Shown piece by piece: positions 7,521 through 17,242 of a stretch of 32,000 nucleotides of DNA (its first letter is position 1; every line of letters begins with the position of its first letter). The stretch is from Candidatus Saccharimonadota bacterium (lineage in GTDB: Bacteria; Patescibacteriota; Saccharimonadia; Saccharimonadales; Saccharimonadaceae). The stretch lies in contig CP006915.1 of NCBI GenBank assembly GCA_000503915.1, positions 720,001 to 752,000 of the forward strand, in the 5' to 3' direction. The translations under genes and the position numbers were made by a program. The notes below the pieces were generated by a model. The model ran no database searches, had not been told where the DNA came from, and saw only the letters and a program-made list of their open reading frames with translations.

Positions 7521-10223
7521 GTGGCAAAAAGATCATCGCACCGTCGAATGAATGTTTACTCTAATCTGTCTCACCGTCGACAAACCCGTAAAGACAAAAC
7601 GGCTAGACGTAAGGCAGAATATTTGGCAAGCTTGCCAAAGCATCCTTTCAAACGAACCATCTATCGCCTCCATCCGAAACGTGTGGCTGCTTTTTGGTTT
7701 AGCAAACGCGGCGCTTTCACACTACTGAAACTCTCCGGCGTCGGCATACTATTGATGGTATTGCTCGCTGGCGGCGTATTTGCCTACTACCGCAAAGATA
7801 TCGACCAGATCCGCCCGAGCGAACTTGCCAAGCGCGTCCAGACCACCGTCACAAAGTATTACGACCGTAACGACAAACTTCTATGGGAAGACAAGGGTGA
7901 CGGTGACTACAAGTTGGTAGTTGACGGTAAAGACATCGCCAAGACGATGAAGCAAGCTACTATTGCCATCGAGGATAAAGATTTCTACCACCACAACGGC
8001 GTCAGCGTCAGCGGCCTACTACGTGCGGCTATCAATAATACGACCGGCGACAGCACGCAGGGTGGCTCAACCCTTACTCAGCAGCTCGTCAAACAAGTTT
8101 TTTTTGCTGATGAAGCCCAAGAACGTGGCCTCGCCGGTATTCCCCGTAAGATCAAAGAAGTTATTTTGGCGGTTGAAGTCGAGCGCATGTATAACAAAGA
8201 GCAGATCCTCGACCTGTACCTCAACGAGTCGCCGTATGGTGGCCGACGAAACGGCGTCGAATCTGCCGCTCAAACATACTTTGGTATACCGGCAAAGAAC
8301 CTGACGCTAGCACAATCCGCCCTGCTCGCCGCCATACCAAATCAACCTGGACTTTATGATCCCTATAACTCGGCTGGTCACGAGGCGTTAATTAGTCGTC
8401 AACACCGTGTACTCGACAGAATGGCCGAACAAGGCTATGTCACCAAAGCGCAGGCGGACGAAGCGAAAAAAGTACCGATTCTTGACACGATAAAGCTTGA
8501 ATCAAGTCAGTACAAGAATCTCAAAGCACCTCACTTTATCCAAATGGTAAAGTCAGAACTTGAGCAGAAACTGGGTAAGGCCACAGTAGGACGCGGTGGT
8601 CTGATCGTTAAAACCACGCTTGACATACGTATCCAAGACAAGCTCCAAAGCACCATGAAGGATATGTTCGCCGGCACTAATGGCATTAATTGTTATGGCC
8701 TCGTCTGTCCAACCTACGCCGGTTTCTCCAACGGTGCCGCAACCTTTGAGGACGTAAAGACTGGCCAGATTATCGCTATGGTCGGCAGCCGCGACTTCAA
8801 TTACCCTGGTTTTGGTCAAGACAATGCTGCGGCTGCCTTTATCCAGCCCGGCTCGTCGATCAAGCCCCTTGTATACGCCGAGTTGTTTGAAGATAAGGGC
8901 GAAGGCTCAGTCAACTTCGGAAGCGGTTCAATTCTGTCCGACTCACCGATTAGTTTTGGTAGCTACAAACCGCAAGACGCCGATGGACGCTTCAAGGGCA
9001 ACATCCCGATCCGAAAGAGCCTAGCCTGGTCGCGAAATATCCCGGCTATTAAAGCGATGCAAATCAATGGTGTCGAGCCTACTCTGACGACAATACGAGC
9101 TATGGGTGACAAGTATTACTGTACGCAGGGCGCTGAAAAAGAAGCCGGCCTCTCGTCGGCAATCGGCGGATGCGGTACGCGCATGATCGACCACGTGAAC
9201 GCAATCGCCTCTCTGGCGCGCACCGGTGTCTATATGCCAACCAGTACGGTCCTCAAGGTTACCAACAATAACGGTGACATACTCGAAGAGTACAACAAAG
9301 AGTCAAAACGTATTATCAGCGATCAAGCTGCCTACATCGTCAATGACATTTTGGGAGATGCCGATGCTCGCCGCGGTCTCTTTGGTAGCAGCATCACTCC
9401 CACCCTCGATGCAGCCGGCGTGAAAACAGCCATCAAAACCGGTACGAGCGACAAAAACCGTGAGCCAAAAGACATCTGGACGGTTGGCTACACGCCGACA
9501 GTGGCTGGTGCCGTCTGGCTCGGTAACCCCGATACAACCCCATTGATAAATGGTAACTCGTCGATCCCGGCTCGAGTACTCGACCCAGTGATGGCCTATG
9601 CGGCCACGCTTTATCAAAAAGATGGCATGGCAAAAAGTGGCGATTGGTTCTCAGAGCCAAAAGGCATTCAGCACATTGGCAAAGAACTTTTCCCGTCTTG
9701 GTACAACAAATCAAAAGCTCAGTCCGGTGAGAAGCTGACCTTCGACAAAGTTTCTAAGAAAAAGGCGACAACCTGTACACCTACTGGTGCCAAAATTGAA
9801 TTGACCGTCACAAAGACCAAAGATCCTGTGACCAACGCAGTTATCTATATCGCGCCAGACGGCTACGATGCGACGGCCAATGATGATGTCCACAAGTGTG
9901 GTGATGCCAAGCCGACCATCAATGGTATTACGGTCGATGGCGATCAAATCAGTGTCAATGTCACCAAAGGAAAATACTCGCTTGATACACTGACGATCCG
10001 TGTCGATGGAGAAGCTATCGCAACCCGCAGTATTACGGGTAGCGGTACCTACACGACTACCTACCGATTTAAGTCAGATAAAGTCACTATTTCCGCCAGT
10101 GTTACCGACGAGGCCTACTATGAGGCTACTCGCAGCCTGTCCTACACCGTTCCTACAGGCTCAGGCGATACGGGTGGCGGTTCAACAACTGAATCGCTTA
10201 GACAACATCGTCCTGGTCGTTAA
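7521..10223 (+). CDS. class A penicillin-binding protein (glycosyltransferase GT51 + transpeptidase) with a C-terminal extension of about 165 aa
   Basis: 900 aa. Basic N-terminal tail and one TM segment. IAIEDKDFYHHNGV and GGSTLTQQL (GT51). SSIKP (SxxK) and KTGTS (transpeptidase). The start is uncertain: GTG 7521 or ATG 7548. Confidence 0.85.
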   Translation: MAKRSSHRRMNVYSNLSHRRQTRKDKTARRKAEYLASLPKHPFKRTIYRLHPKRVAAFWFSKRGAFTLLKLSGVGILLMVLLAGGVFAYYRKDIDQIRPSELAKRVQTTVTKYYDRNDKLLWEDKGDGDYKLVVDGKDIAKTMKQATIAIEDKDFYHHNGVSVSGLLRAAINNTTGDSTQGGSTLTQQLVKQVFFADEAQERGLAGIPRKIKEVILAVEVERMYNKEQILDLYLNESPYGGRRNGVESAAQTYFGIPAKNLTLAQSALLAAIPNQPGLYDPYNSAGHEALISRQHRVLDRMAEQGYVTKAQADEAKKVPILDTIKLESSQYKNLKAPHFIQMVKSELEQKLGKATVGRGGLIVKTTLDIRIQDKLQSTMKDMFAGTNGINCYGLVCPTYAGFSNGAATFEDVKTGQIIAMVGSRDFNYPGFGQDNAAAAFIQPGSSIKPLVYAELFEDKGEGSVNFGSGSILSDSPISFGSYKPQDADGRFKGNIPIRKSLAWSRNIPAIKAMQINGVEPTLTTIRAMGDKYYCTQGAEKEAGLSSAIGGCGTRMIDHVNAIASLARTGVYMPTSTVLKVTNNNGDILEEYNKESKRIISDQAAYIVNDILGDADARRGLFGSSITPTLDAAGVKTAIKTGTSDKNREPKDIWTVGYTPTVAGAVWLGNPDTTPLINGNSSIPARVLDPVMAYAATLYQKDGMAKSGDWFSEPKGIQHIGKELFPSWYNKSKAQSGEKLTFDKVSKKKATTCTPTGAKIELTVTKTKDPVTNAVIYIAPDGYDATANDDVHKCGDAKPTINGITVDGDQISVNVTKGKYSLDTLTIRVDGEAIATRSITGSGTYTTTYRFKSDKVTISASVTDEAYYEATRSLSYTVPTGSGDTGGGSTTESLRQHRPGR

Positions 10224-11028
10224 CCAGACGTAAAATACTTTCTTCAGCCGACGCCGGACGCTTCGCCTTTCGTTCAGTACGTGGAGTAGTGCCTTTCGGC
10301 TTAGTGGTCCGAGTAGGCCGTGACGTTACGCCATTCTTTACTTTTCGGGCAAACATCATCCGGCCGGCGGCCGTTTGTAGGCTACGTATAATCTCGATTT
10401 CAACCGTCTTGCCGATACTGTCGGCTGCTTGCTCAACCACTACCATCGTGCCATCCGCCAAGTATCCGACCGCCTGCTTCGCTTCCTGCCCTTTTTGCAC
10501 AAGTTCGAGTGAAAGCTTTTCTCCAGGTAAAAATGCCATGCGTAAGCTTTGAGCGAGCTCGTTGATATTTAAGACGGCGATACCCTCAACCTTGGCAACC
10601 TTACTGAGGTTGAAATCAATCGTACAGATCATACCGTCGTGCTTTTTTGCCAGCTCGATTAAACGACTATCGACGCCACCCGACCCGAGGATCTCATCAT
10701 CGTGTAAAATTTCCACCTTAGTAAAGGCGATATTCTGTAGCTCATTTATGACATCGAGTCCACGACGTGCGCGACTACGTTTGTCGGCATCACCCCCATC
10801 GGCGAGCAGCTGAAGTTCAGCAACGACACTACGCGGTACGATCAAGTGGCCGCTGATAAAGCCGGTCTGAGCTGCGGTCACGATACGTCCATCCATCAAC
10901 GCCGAGGTGTCGACAAAGACCGGCTTTGTAGCAGTTTTTCGTGTAGGCAGCGGGCGCCGATTACGCCATAGTATGTATTGAAGTTCTAGTGCAATAATCA
11001 ACACCAGGATAAATGTCATTTCTTTCAT
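10198..11028 (-). CDS. PIN/TRAM domain protein (YacL-like), N-terminal membrane anchor
   Basis: 276 aa. TM segment, PIN-like FVDTSALMDGRI...PRSVVAELQ, then a TRAM-like C-terminal beta domain and a basic tail. It sits directly downstream of radA, as in Firmicutes. The 3' end overlaps the PBP gene by 26 bp. Confidence 0.7.
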   Translation of the reverse strand: MKEMTFILVLIIALELQYILWRNRRPLPTRKTATKPVFVDTSALMDGRIVTAAQTGFISGHLIVPRSVVAELQLLADGGDADKRSRARRGLDVINELQNIAFTKVEILHDDEILGSGGVDSRLIELAKKHDGMICTIDFNLSKVAKVEGIAVLNINELAQSLRMAFLPGEKLSLELVQKGQEAKQAVGYLADGTMVVVEQAADSIGKTVEIEIIRSLQTAAGRMMFARKVKNGVTSRPTRTTKPKGTTPRTERKAKRPASAEESILRLVNDQDDVV

Positions 11029-11044
11029 GGTAGTTCCTTTTTCG

Positions 11045-12394
11045 TTATTTTAAGTAATCGATCAACGCCTGGCGAAGCGTTGTAACCGGTGTGCTGATAG
11101 CCACCTTTTCAGCATTTTTTGGACCAACCGCATGGATGAAGCCAAGTTTTTTTGCTTCTTGAACGCGGCGCATCGTCGAAGGGACGGAGCGAATCTCTCC
11201 ACCCAACCCAACCTCGCCAAACACGACGGTATGCGGGTCGAGGCGACGCTCAGCGGCTGCGCTGGCAATCGCCATACAGACAGCCAGATCCGCAGCGGAG
11301 TCTGAGAGACGAATGCCGCCGACGACATTGATGAAGATATCCTTGTCCGATAATGTCAGTTTTGTGCGCCGTTCGAGCACGGCGATGAGCAAATTAAGGC
11401 GGTTAAGATCAAAGCCACTGGCCGTCCGTTTAGGATACCCGAAACTGGTCGGATTTACAAGCGCCTGGATCTCCACTAGCAGCGGTCTAGTCCCTTCCAT
11501 TGTCGCCAGTACCACAGAGCCATCGGCGTTTTGCCGCTCGGCTAGAAGTGCCGCCGACGGGTTTTCGACAATCCTCAGCCCCTTTTCATACATCTCAAAG
11601 ATTGCCGCTTCGCTGGTCGACCCAAAACGATTTTTCGAAGCACGAACTATCTTAAATCCGCCGTAGCGATCGCCCTCAAACTGCAATACGACATCGACCA
11701 AATGCTCGAGAACCTTTGGTCCGGCGATACTACCCTCCTTTGTGACATGACCAACTAGTATGACCGCAGCGCCCGCTTCTTTCGCGGCGCGAATAATCAC
11801 GTTACTACTATTAGTTATCTGGCTGACACTGCCCGGCGCGCTGGTAATCACCTCGAGGCTCAGTGTCTGGATCGAATCGATAATCACCAGGCGATACGCG
11901 CCACTGCGAATCGTAGCCGCAATGTCATCGGCGCTGGTGCTGGCGACAAAGCTTAATTCATCACTCTTGTGTGCACCAAGGCGCTCGGCACGCAGGCGTA
12001 CTTGGTGAGCGCTTTCCTCACCGCTTGCGTAGAGTACTGGCTGCGATCCAGCCACATGCGCGGCCAGCTGCAGCAATAGCGTACTCTTGCCAATTCCAGG
12101 CTGTCCGGCGAGTAACGTCACTCCACCGGGAAGAATACCACCTCCCAGCACTGAATCTAGATCAGCAAACCCGCTCAGCAAGCGTGCTGTCCGCTTCTCC
12201 GTAGTGATATCGCGCAACGTTTGAACGGCCAAGGTGCGGCCGCTTGTGGCGCTTTTTGCAACTGCCGAAGCGCCACGCTCCACCATCTGTTCGACAAGCG
12301 TGTTCCACTCACCACAATTTTCGCAGCGGCCAGTCCATTTCGGATAAGTAGCCGCGCAGTTACCGCAGACGAACTGAGTTTTTATCTTTACCAT
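11045..12394 (-). CDS. radA: DNA repair protein RadA/Sms
   Basis: 449 aa. Zn finger CGNC...CENCGEW, Walker A GQPGIGKST, KNRFG motif, Lon-like C-terminal domain. AGGAG SD upstream. Confidence 0.9.
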   Translation of the reverse strand: MVKIKTQFVCGNCAATYPKWTGRCENCGEWNTLVEQMVERGASAVAKSATSGRTLAVQTLRDITTEKRTARLLSGFADLDSVLGGGILPGGVTLLAGQPGIGKSTLLLQLAAHVAGSQPVLYASGEESAHQVRLRAERLGAHKSDELSFVASTSADDIAATIRSGAYRLVIIDSIQTLSLEVITSAPGSVSQITNSSNVIIRAAKEAGAAVILVGHVTKEGSIAGPKVLEHLVDVVLQFEGDRYGGFKIVRASKNRFGSTSEAAIFEMYEKGLRIVENPSAALLAERQNADGSVVLATMEGTRPLLVEIQALVNPTSFGYPKRTASGFDLNRLNLLIAVLERRTKLTLSDKDIFINVVGGIRLSDSAADLAVCMAIASAAAERRLDPHTVVFGEVGLGGEIRSVPSTMRRVQEAKKLGFIHAVGPKNAEKVAISTPVTTLRQALIDYLK

Positions 12395-12446
12395 ACTGCT
12401 CCTATTATACTATGCGCGATAGATCACTTTCTTTCTAGTCAGCCTA

Positions 12447-13442
12447 CTATAACGCAGGTGTTTCTGAGAGTGTACTATCGATACTCTTATTGAGCGAAAT
12501 CGTTTCCGCACTCACGATCTTCAGCTGCGCCACTAAAGAATCATAGGTTGTAATGTCCGCTTTGATCTGCTGGCGCGTTGCATCCAGCACATCACTGCGC
12601 GCGATAAGTGCCGAACGAGCGCTGTCAAGCTCCGCTTGGTCGTTGAATCCGCCCGATCGCTGGGCACGGGCATTAAACGCTGCCACGTCCTCATTGAGCT
12701 GCGCCACGGCTAGATTGTATTTTTTTGTCGCCGTATTGATCGTATCCGCCAGTGCGTTAGCCTGCTTTAAAAGACTATCAGCCTTGTTAGATAAAGAGGT
12801 AAACACCGATTGTACCGATGAATGGAGCGCCACCAGCGAGGCACGATTCGTAAAGTAACGCTCATAATACCGCTCCAATTCTCCGCCCAGGTTGGTAAAC
12901 TCTGTCCCTAGGATCGAGTGTAGCTCATTTACACCTTGGCCTGGCTCGTTTTTATTATAATACGCCATCCGCGTCTCAAGTTCGGTCGTTTTGACCCGTT
13001 GATACGCCGCCTCCAGTAGCGGCTTCAATCGGTCTTTCTCGCTCTGTGATAGGCGATCGTAGGCGGCATGGAGCATTTCGTGAGCCGCTGTCACCGCCTG
13101 AATGCCGTCGAGTTGGTCACTCGTCACGTTGAAGATATAGATACGTCCCAGCGAATAACAGCCAAGGATAGGGCTGTTAGCTTCTTTTCGCTCGCAGCGG
13201 GCGTTGAAGGTGCTCCTGCCGGCGATTTCAGGTTCACTGGCGTAAAATAGGAACTTTCCATCACCGGTCAGTCGAGCCTTACTGGCGACCGACTCAACTG
13301 CGGCACTCGGTGTGTACTGGTTGTAGTGAATCAGGTCGATGACGTACTGGTGATTTAGCCATAGCCACCCGGCAATGCCGAGCGAAATAAACCCGATAAG
13401 CCAACGTGTAATGGTAGTTGGCCTACTTCTCGTCGTCGACAT
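12447..13442 (-). CDS. hypothetical membrane-anchored HExxH (HEMLH) protein with C-terminal coiled coil
   Basis: 331 aa. N-terminal TM segment (WLIGFISLGIAGWLWL), two Cys, AAHEMLHAAY, and a long Ala/Leu/Gln-rich helical C-terminus. The start overlaps the clpC stop by 20 nt. Confidence 0.6.
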   Translation of the reverse strand: MSTTRSRPTTITRWLIGFISLGIAGWLWLNHQYVIDLIHYNQYTPSAAVESVASKARLTGDGKFLFYASEPEIAGRSTFNARCERKEANSPILGCYSLGRIYIFNVTSDQLDGIQAVTAAHEMLHAAYDRLSQSEKDRLKPLLEAAYQRVKTTELETRMAYYNKNEPGQGVNELHSILGTEFTNLGGELERYYERYFTNRASLVALHSSVQSVFTSLSNKADSLLKQANALADTINTATKKYNLAVAQLNEDVAAFNARAQRSGGFNDQAELDSARSALIARSDVLDATRQQIKADITTYDSLVAQLKIVSAETISLNKSIDSTLSETPAL

Positions 13443-15894
13443 CGATGATTACCTTTCCCCGCACAGCCTTGGCCGTAATAACCGTACCTTTTGTAAAAGT
13501 CCCTGTCAGGATACCGTCAGCGATGGCGTGTTCGAGCTCGTCTTGCAGCGCGCGTCGCATTGGACGAGCACCGTAGACTTCATCGTAGCCGATAGCAATA
13601 ATATGCCGCTTTGCGCTCGGTTGTACGACAAGATGGATGCCCTTTCGGATCAAGCGTTCACTGAGTTCGTCTACCAGGTTATTGAATATCTTGCCAATAT
13701 CACGCTTGGTCAGCGCCCGAAATGTTACGACACCGTCAAAACGATTAATTAGCTCTGGTCGCATTAATTTTTCCAGTTCCTTACGGGCAACCTCAGCGTT
13801 GGATTGATGGGCATCGTCGAGTTTTTGCATGTCTTTTTTACTGTTTGCGTGGAAACCAAGGGCGGATTCCTTGCGCATTGCGTCACTACCGAGATTGCTC
13901 GTCAAGATAACAATTGTATTTGTAAAGTCCACCTTGCGACCCTTTGCGTCGGTCAGAGTACCGTCTTCGAGCAGCTGAAGGAGCAGCTGGAAGACTTCCG
14001 GATGCGCCTTTTCAATCTCGTCGAACAACACCACACTGTAGGGTTGGCGGCGGATCTTGTCGGTCAGCTGGCCGCCATCGTCGTAGCCAACATACCCAGC
14101 TGGGGCACCGAGCAGGCGTGCCGTGTTGTGGCGCTCACCGAATTCGCTCATATCAATCTTAACGAGTGCTTCATCACTACCGAACACTTCGCGTGCCAAC
14201 ACGCGGGCAAGCTCGGTCTTACCGACACCGGTCGGCCCCATGAAAACGAATGAGCCAATCGGTCGTTTTTGGCTCGCGACACCACTGCGGCTGCGACGGA
14301 CAGCGCGGGCGATTTTCTCAACGGCCTCTCCTTGGCCAACAATATACTTTGAGAGATGCTTTTCCAGCGAGCGCAGCAACGTTGCTTCCGATTTCCGGAC
14401 GCGTTCTACCGGGATGCCGGTCATCACTGCAATAGCATGTGCCATATGATCTTCGGTGAGCGTGATCGGCGTCTTGTGCTCGTATGCTTCTTTCATTGCC
14501 TCAAGTTTCTCGTTGATCTGGCTACTGCGAGTTTTATAGAGTGCCGCCCGCTCGTAATCTTCGGCTACTACGGCCTCGTCCATTTTATCGTTGAGATTCT
14601 TCAGCTGCTTCAAATAGTCGCGCAGTTTGCTCGGCTTTTGCCCGGATTTGACACGTGCCAGTGCTGCCGCTTCATCAATGACGTCGATTGCTTTATCGGG
14701 CATAAAGCGCTCTGATACATAGCGATCAGCCATATAGACAGCTGCCTCAAGGACATCATCGCTCATTTGCACGCCATGGTGCTTTTCATAGTAGCCGCGC
14801 AGTCCTTTAAGTATACTAATAGTGTCTTTCAGCGACGGCTCCGGAACAACAATCGTCTGGAAGCGGCGTTCAAGTGCACTATCCTTCTCAATATGTTTGC
14901 GATACTCGTCGAGAGTGGTAGCGCCGATAAGATGTAGCTCACCACGTGCCAATGCCGGTTTTAGTATATTGGCAGCATCCAATGCACCTTCGGCCGCACC
15001 TGCACCGACGAGCAGGTGTAGCTCATCAATAAATAAGATAATGTTTCTCTGTTCACGAAGCTCGCGCATGACTTTCTTAAGCCGTTCTTCGAACTCACCA
15101 CGGTATTTCGTACCGGCAATCATTGCCGTCAAATCAAGCTGCAGGACGCGCTTATCAAGTAGGTGATCCGGGACGTCTTCGCGAGCAATACGCTGCGCCA
15201 GCCCTTCGACGATAGCCGTCTTACCAACACCGGCTTCACCGAGTAGCACTGGGTTATTCTTAGTGCGGCGAGTGAGAATAGTCACCAGACGTTCCTGTTC
15301 GTTATCGCGGCCGATCACTGGGTCAAGCTCACCTTTTTGAGCGCGTGCTGTCAGGTCGGTACCAAATGTCCCGAGTACACTGCCCCGTTTTGGTCGAGTA
15401 GGCGTTTCCGTCATGGTGTCACTGTCGTGAAAAGCACTGTGCTGGCGGTCAAAGAATTCCTCAAGATCTGCCTTTAGCTCCTGAGTATCGACTCGCATAT
15501 CGCGTAGCAGTGTCGTCGCTCGGGCATTCTTCTGGCTCAATAAGCTATAAAGAAGATGCTCGGTACCAAGGTAATCCTGGTGAAACTCCTGCGCGACTTC
15601 CCAGCCCATTTTTAGCGTCAATTTCGCCATTTCACTAAGCCCAAGCACCCCCGTACTGACGGTAACAACGCGTGGCGAGAGCTTGAGCGCTAGTTCGGCC
15701 CGCTCTAGTGTCACCTGCGCATCAGCCAGCATTTTGGCGCCGACCGACGAACCCTGCGCTAAAACACCAAGCAGCAGATGCTCGGTACCGATATAAGCGC
15801 TCCCATAGCCCCGCGCCATCGCATTGGCATGCTGTAAGCTTGTTTTAGCGTTATCCGTCAGGCGCGATACGAATTCTGCGAAATCATCTGCCAT
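13423..15894 (-). CDS. clpC: ATP-dependent Clp protease ATP-binding subunit ClpC
   Basis: 823 aa. Two Clp_N repeats, AAA1 GEAGVGKT, a UVR-like linker, AAA2 GPTGVGKT, and an LGF loop. AAGGAGG SD upstream. Confidence 0.9.
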   Translation of the reverse strand: MADDFAEFVSRLTDNAKTSLQHANAMARGYGSAYIGTEHLLLGVLAQGSSVGAKMLADAQVTLERAELALKLSPRVVTVSTGVLGLSEMAKLTLKMGWEVAQEFHQDYLGTEHLLYSLLSQKNARATTLLRDMRVDTQELKADLEEFFDRQHSAFHDSDTMTETPTRPKRGSVLGTFGTDLTARAQKGELDPVIGRDNEQERLVTILTRRTKNNPVLLGEAGVGKTAIVEGLAQRIAREDVPDHLLDKRVLQLDLTAMIAGTKYRGEFEERLKKVMRELREQRNIILFIDELHLLVGAGAAEGALDAANILKPALARGELHLIGATTLDEYRKHIEKDSALERRFQTIVVPEPSLKDTISILKGLRGYYEKHHGVQMSDDVLEAAVYMADRYVSERFMPDKAIDVIDEAAALARVKSGQKPSKLRDYLKQLKNLNDKMDEAVVAEDYERAALYKTRSSQINEKLEAMKEAYEHKTPITLTEDHMAHAIAVMTGIPVERVRKSEATLLRSLEKHLSKYIVGQGEAVEKIARAVRRSRSGVASQKRPIGSFVFMGPTGVGKTELARVLAREVFGSDEALVKIDMSEFGERHNTARLLGAPAGYVGYDDGGQLTDKIRRQPYSVVLFDEIEKAHPEVFQLLLQLLEDGTLTDAKGRKVDFTNTIVILTSNLGSDAMRKESALGFHANSKKDMQKLDDAHQSNAEVARKELEKLMRPELINRFDGVVTFRALTKRDIGKIFNNLVDELSERLIRKGIHLVVQPSAKRHIIAIGYDEVYGARPMRRALQDELEHAIADGILTGTFTKGTVITAKAVRGKVIIDVDDEK

Positions 15895-15979
15895 ATACTT
15901 ATTATTATCCTCCTTATTGATAAGCGCAAGAGGGTTTCAGATACGATAGTATCCGTTCTGCAAGCACTCTACTACACTT

Positions 15980-16009
15980 AGTATAGCGAAAAATTAGCAC
16001 TCTCGTCAA
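15980..16009 (-). promoter_or_regulatory. candidate clpC promoter TTGACG-18-TATACT
   Basis: Minus strand -35 TTGACG (16009..16004, inside the CIRCE spacer) and -10 TATACT (15985..15980). About 80 nt of 5' UTR before ATG 15894. Confidence 0.6.
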
Positions 16010-16020
16010 TAGAGTGCTAA
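15994..16020. promoter_or_regulatory. CIRCE operator (HrcA binding site), exact consensus; also forms the nusA terminator hairpin
   Basis: TTAGCACTC (15994-16002), a 9-nt spacer, then GAGTGCTAA (16012-16020). This equals the published consensus TTAGCACTC-N9-GAGTGCTAA. On the minus strand the stem extends to 11-13 bp and is followed by TTTTT, 36 nt after the nusA stop. An extra half-site-like AAGCACTCT sits at 15962-15970. Confidence 0.8.
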
Positions 16021-16055
16021 TTCTTTTTTGCTCGGTTGTAGAGCCTACGTGTAGC

Positions 16056-17177
16056 TTATTCTTCGGATGAATCAAGCGCCTCGAGCAAGCTGTCCTCAAT
16101 GTTCTTGCGGGGAGCTTTTGGCTCCTGTTTTACCGGTGTAGCCGTCTCGATATCGAGCTCATAGCCGGTCAGTCGGCTCGCAAGGCGAACATTCTGTCCG
16201 GAACGGCCGATCGCGATCGACTGCTGGTCTTCATTAACAAACACCTTGGCCTTCTTTTCTTTATCATCCAACTCAACTCTCACGACTTCTGCCGGACTCA
16301 ACGCGTTGCGAATAAACGTCTCCGCATCATCGCTAAAGAAAATGATATCGACTTTTTCCTGATCGCCAATTTCGTTCATGACCGCTTGGACACGTGTTCC
16401 ATGGCCTCCGACGAAGGTGCCAACCGGGTCGACACCCGGAACGCTTGAAAATACCGCCAGTTTTGTACGGCGACCGGCTTCACGAGCGATTGCTTTAATC
16501 TCGACCGCACCGGTTTCCATCTCTGGCACTTCCTGGCGGAAGAGAAATTCGACAAAGGCTTCATTGGCACGAGAAAGGATCAGCTGCGGACCTCGATTGT
16601 CACGTTCGATGTCTTTGATAAATACCTTGATACGCGAACCGATACTATAAAACTCTCCTTGCACCTGCTCGCTCTGCGGCAAGATACCGGTCGCTTTACC
16701 AAGCTCGACGCGGACAACGCGCGGTTCGACACGCTGAACCGTGCCGGTTACGATCGTGCCGATTTTATCTTCATATTCCTCAAGTACAATCTCACGTTCA
16801 GCTTCACGGAGACGCTGCAAGACTACCTGCTTGGCCGTCTGAGCTGCTACGCGGCCAAAGCTCGTCACTTCATGCGCTTCCTCAACGATATCGCCCAGCT
16901 GGGCATCTGACTTTATTTTCTTAGCTTCTTCCAGACTAATCTCGACTGCATCTGCCCCCACGGCTTCGACAACTTCACGCTGTACGAATACTTTGGCTGT
17001 ACCGGTATTGATATTTAACTCTGCTCGTACGTCCTGATCTCGTTCACCGTTATCACGGCGCCAAGCCGCAGCAATTGCCTGTTCAATGATACTTAGTACC
17101 GTCTCTTCCGGCAGGTTCTTCTCTTCAGCAATCGTTCGCATCGCCAGCGCCAGCTGTTTTACGTTTAGTTCATCCAT
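16056..17177 (-). CDS. nusA: transcription termination/antitermination factor NusA
   Basis: 373 aa. N-terminal domain, S1 domain and two KH domains (IAIGRSGQNVRLASRLTG). AAAGGATG SD upstream. Confidence 0.9.
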   Translation of the reverse strand: MDELNVKQLALAMRTIAEEKNLPEETVLSIIEQAIAAAWRRDNGERDQDVRAELNINTGTAKVFVQREVVEAVGADAVEISLEEAKKIKSDAQLGDIVEEAHEVTSFGRVAAQTAKQVVLQRLREAEREIVLEEYEDKIGTIVTGTVQRVEPRVVRVELGKATGILPQSEQVQGEFYSIGSRIKVFIKDIERDNRGPQLILSRANEAFVEFLFRQEVPEMETGAVEIKAIAREAGRRTKLAVFSSVPGVDPVGTFVGGHGTRVQAVMNEIGDQEKVDIIFFSDDAETFIRNALSPAEVVRVELDDKEKKAKVFVNEDQQSIAIGRSGQNVRLASRLTGYELDIETATPVKQEPKAPRKNIEDSLLEALDSSEE

Positions 17178-17199
17178 ACGTTCATCCTTTCGTTTTATG

Positions 17200-17224
17200 A
17201 AAAAATCCGACCGAAGCGGCCGGA
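17200..17224 (-). terminator. intrinsic terminator-like hairpin + U6, 22 nt upstream of the nusA start (pilin terminator and/or nusA leader attenuator)
   Basis: Minus strand UCCGGCCG-CUU-CGGUCGGA (17224..17206) followed by UUUUUU (17205..17200). One G-U pair on the minus strand is an A/C mismatch on the plus strand. Confidence 0.65.
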
Positions 17225-17242
17225 ATGTAATGTACTACAGTT

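Noticed and set aside
7502-7564. A 20-codon upstream ORF (MGKCIARGKKIIAPSNECLL) overlapping the PBP start, preceded by GAGGGAG.
   Set aside because: The SD-like GAGGGAG abuts the predicted -10 (7479-7484) and would mostly lie upstream of the TSS. There is no supporting structure or conservation evidence. It mainly shows that the PBP start (GTG 7521 versus ATG 7548) is uncertain.
8098-8105. A T8 homopolymer inside the PBP gene, with T7 or A7 runs in the FAD oxidase and rplS genes, as possible phase-variation sites.
   Set aside because: These are short tracts in essential housekeeping genes encoding ordinary Phe/Lys codons. There is no evidence of a frameshifted alternative frame.
15914-16099. 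A 61-aa minus-strand ORF spanning the nusA-clpC intergenic region.
   Set aside because: It overlaps the nusA 3' end out of frame and runs through the CIRCE/terminator and the clpC promoter. It has no SD, and its composition looks like non-coding read-through.
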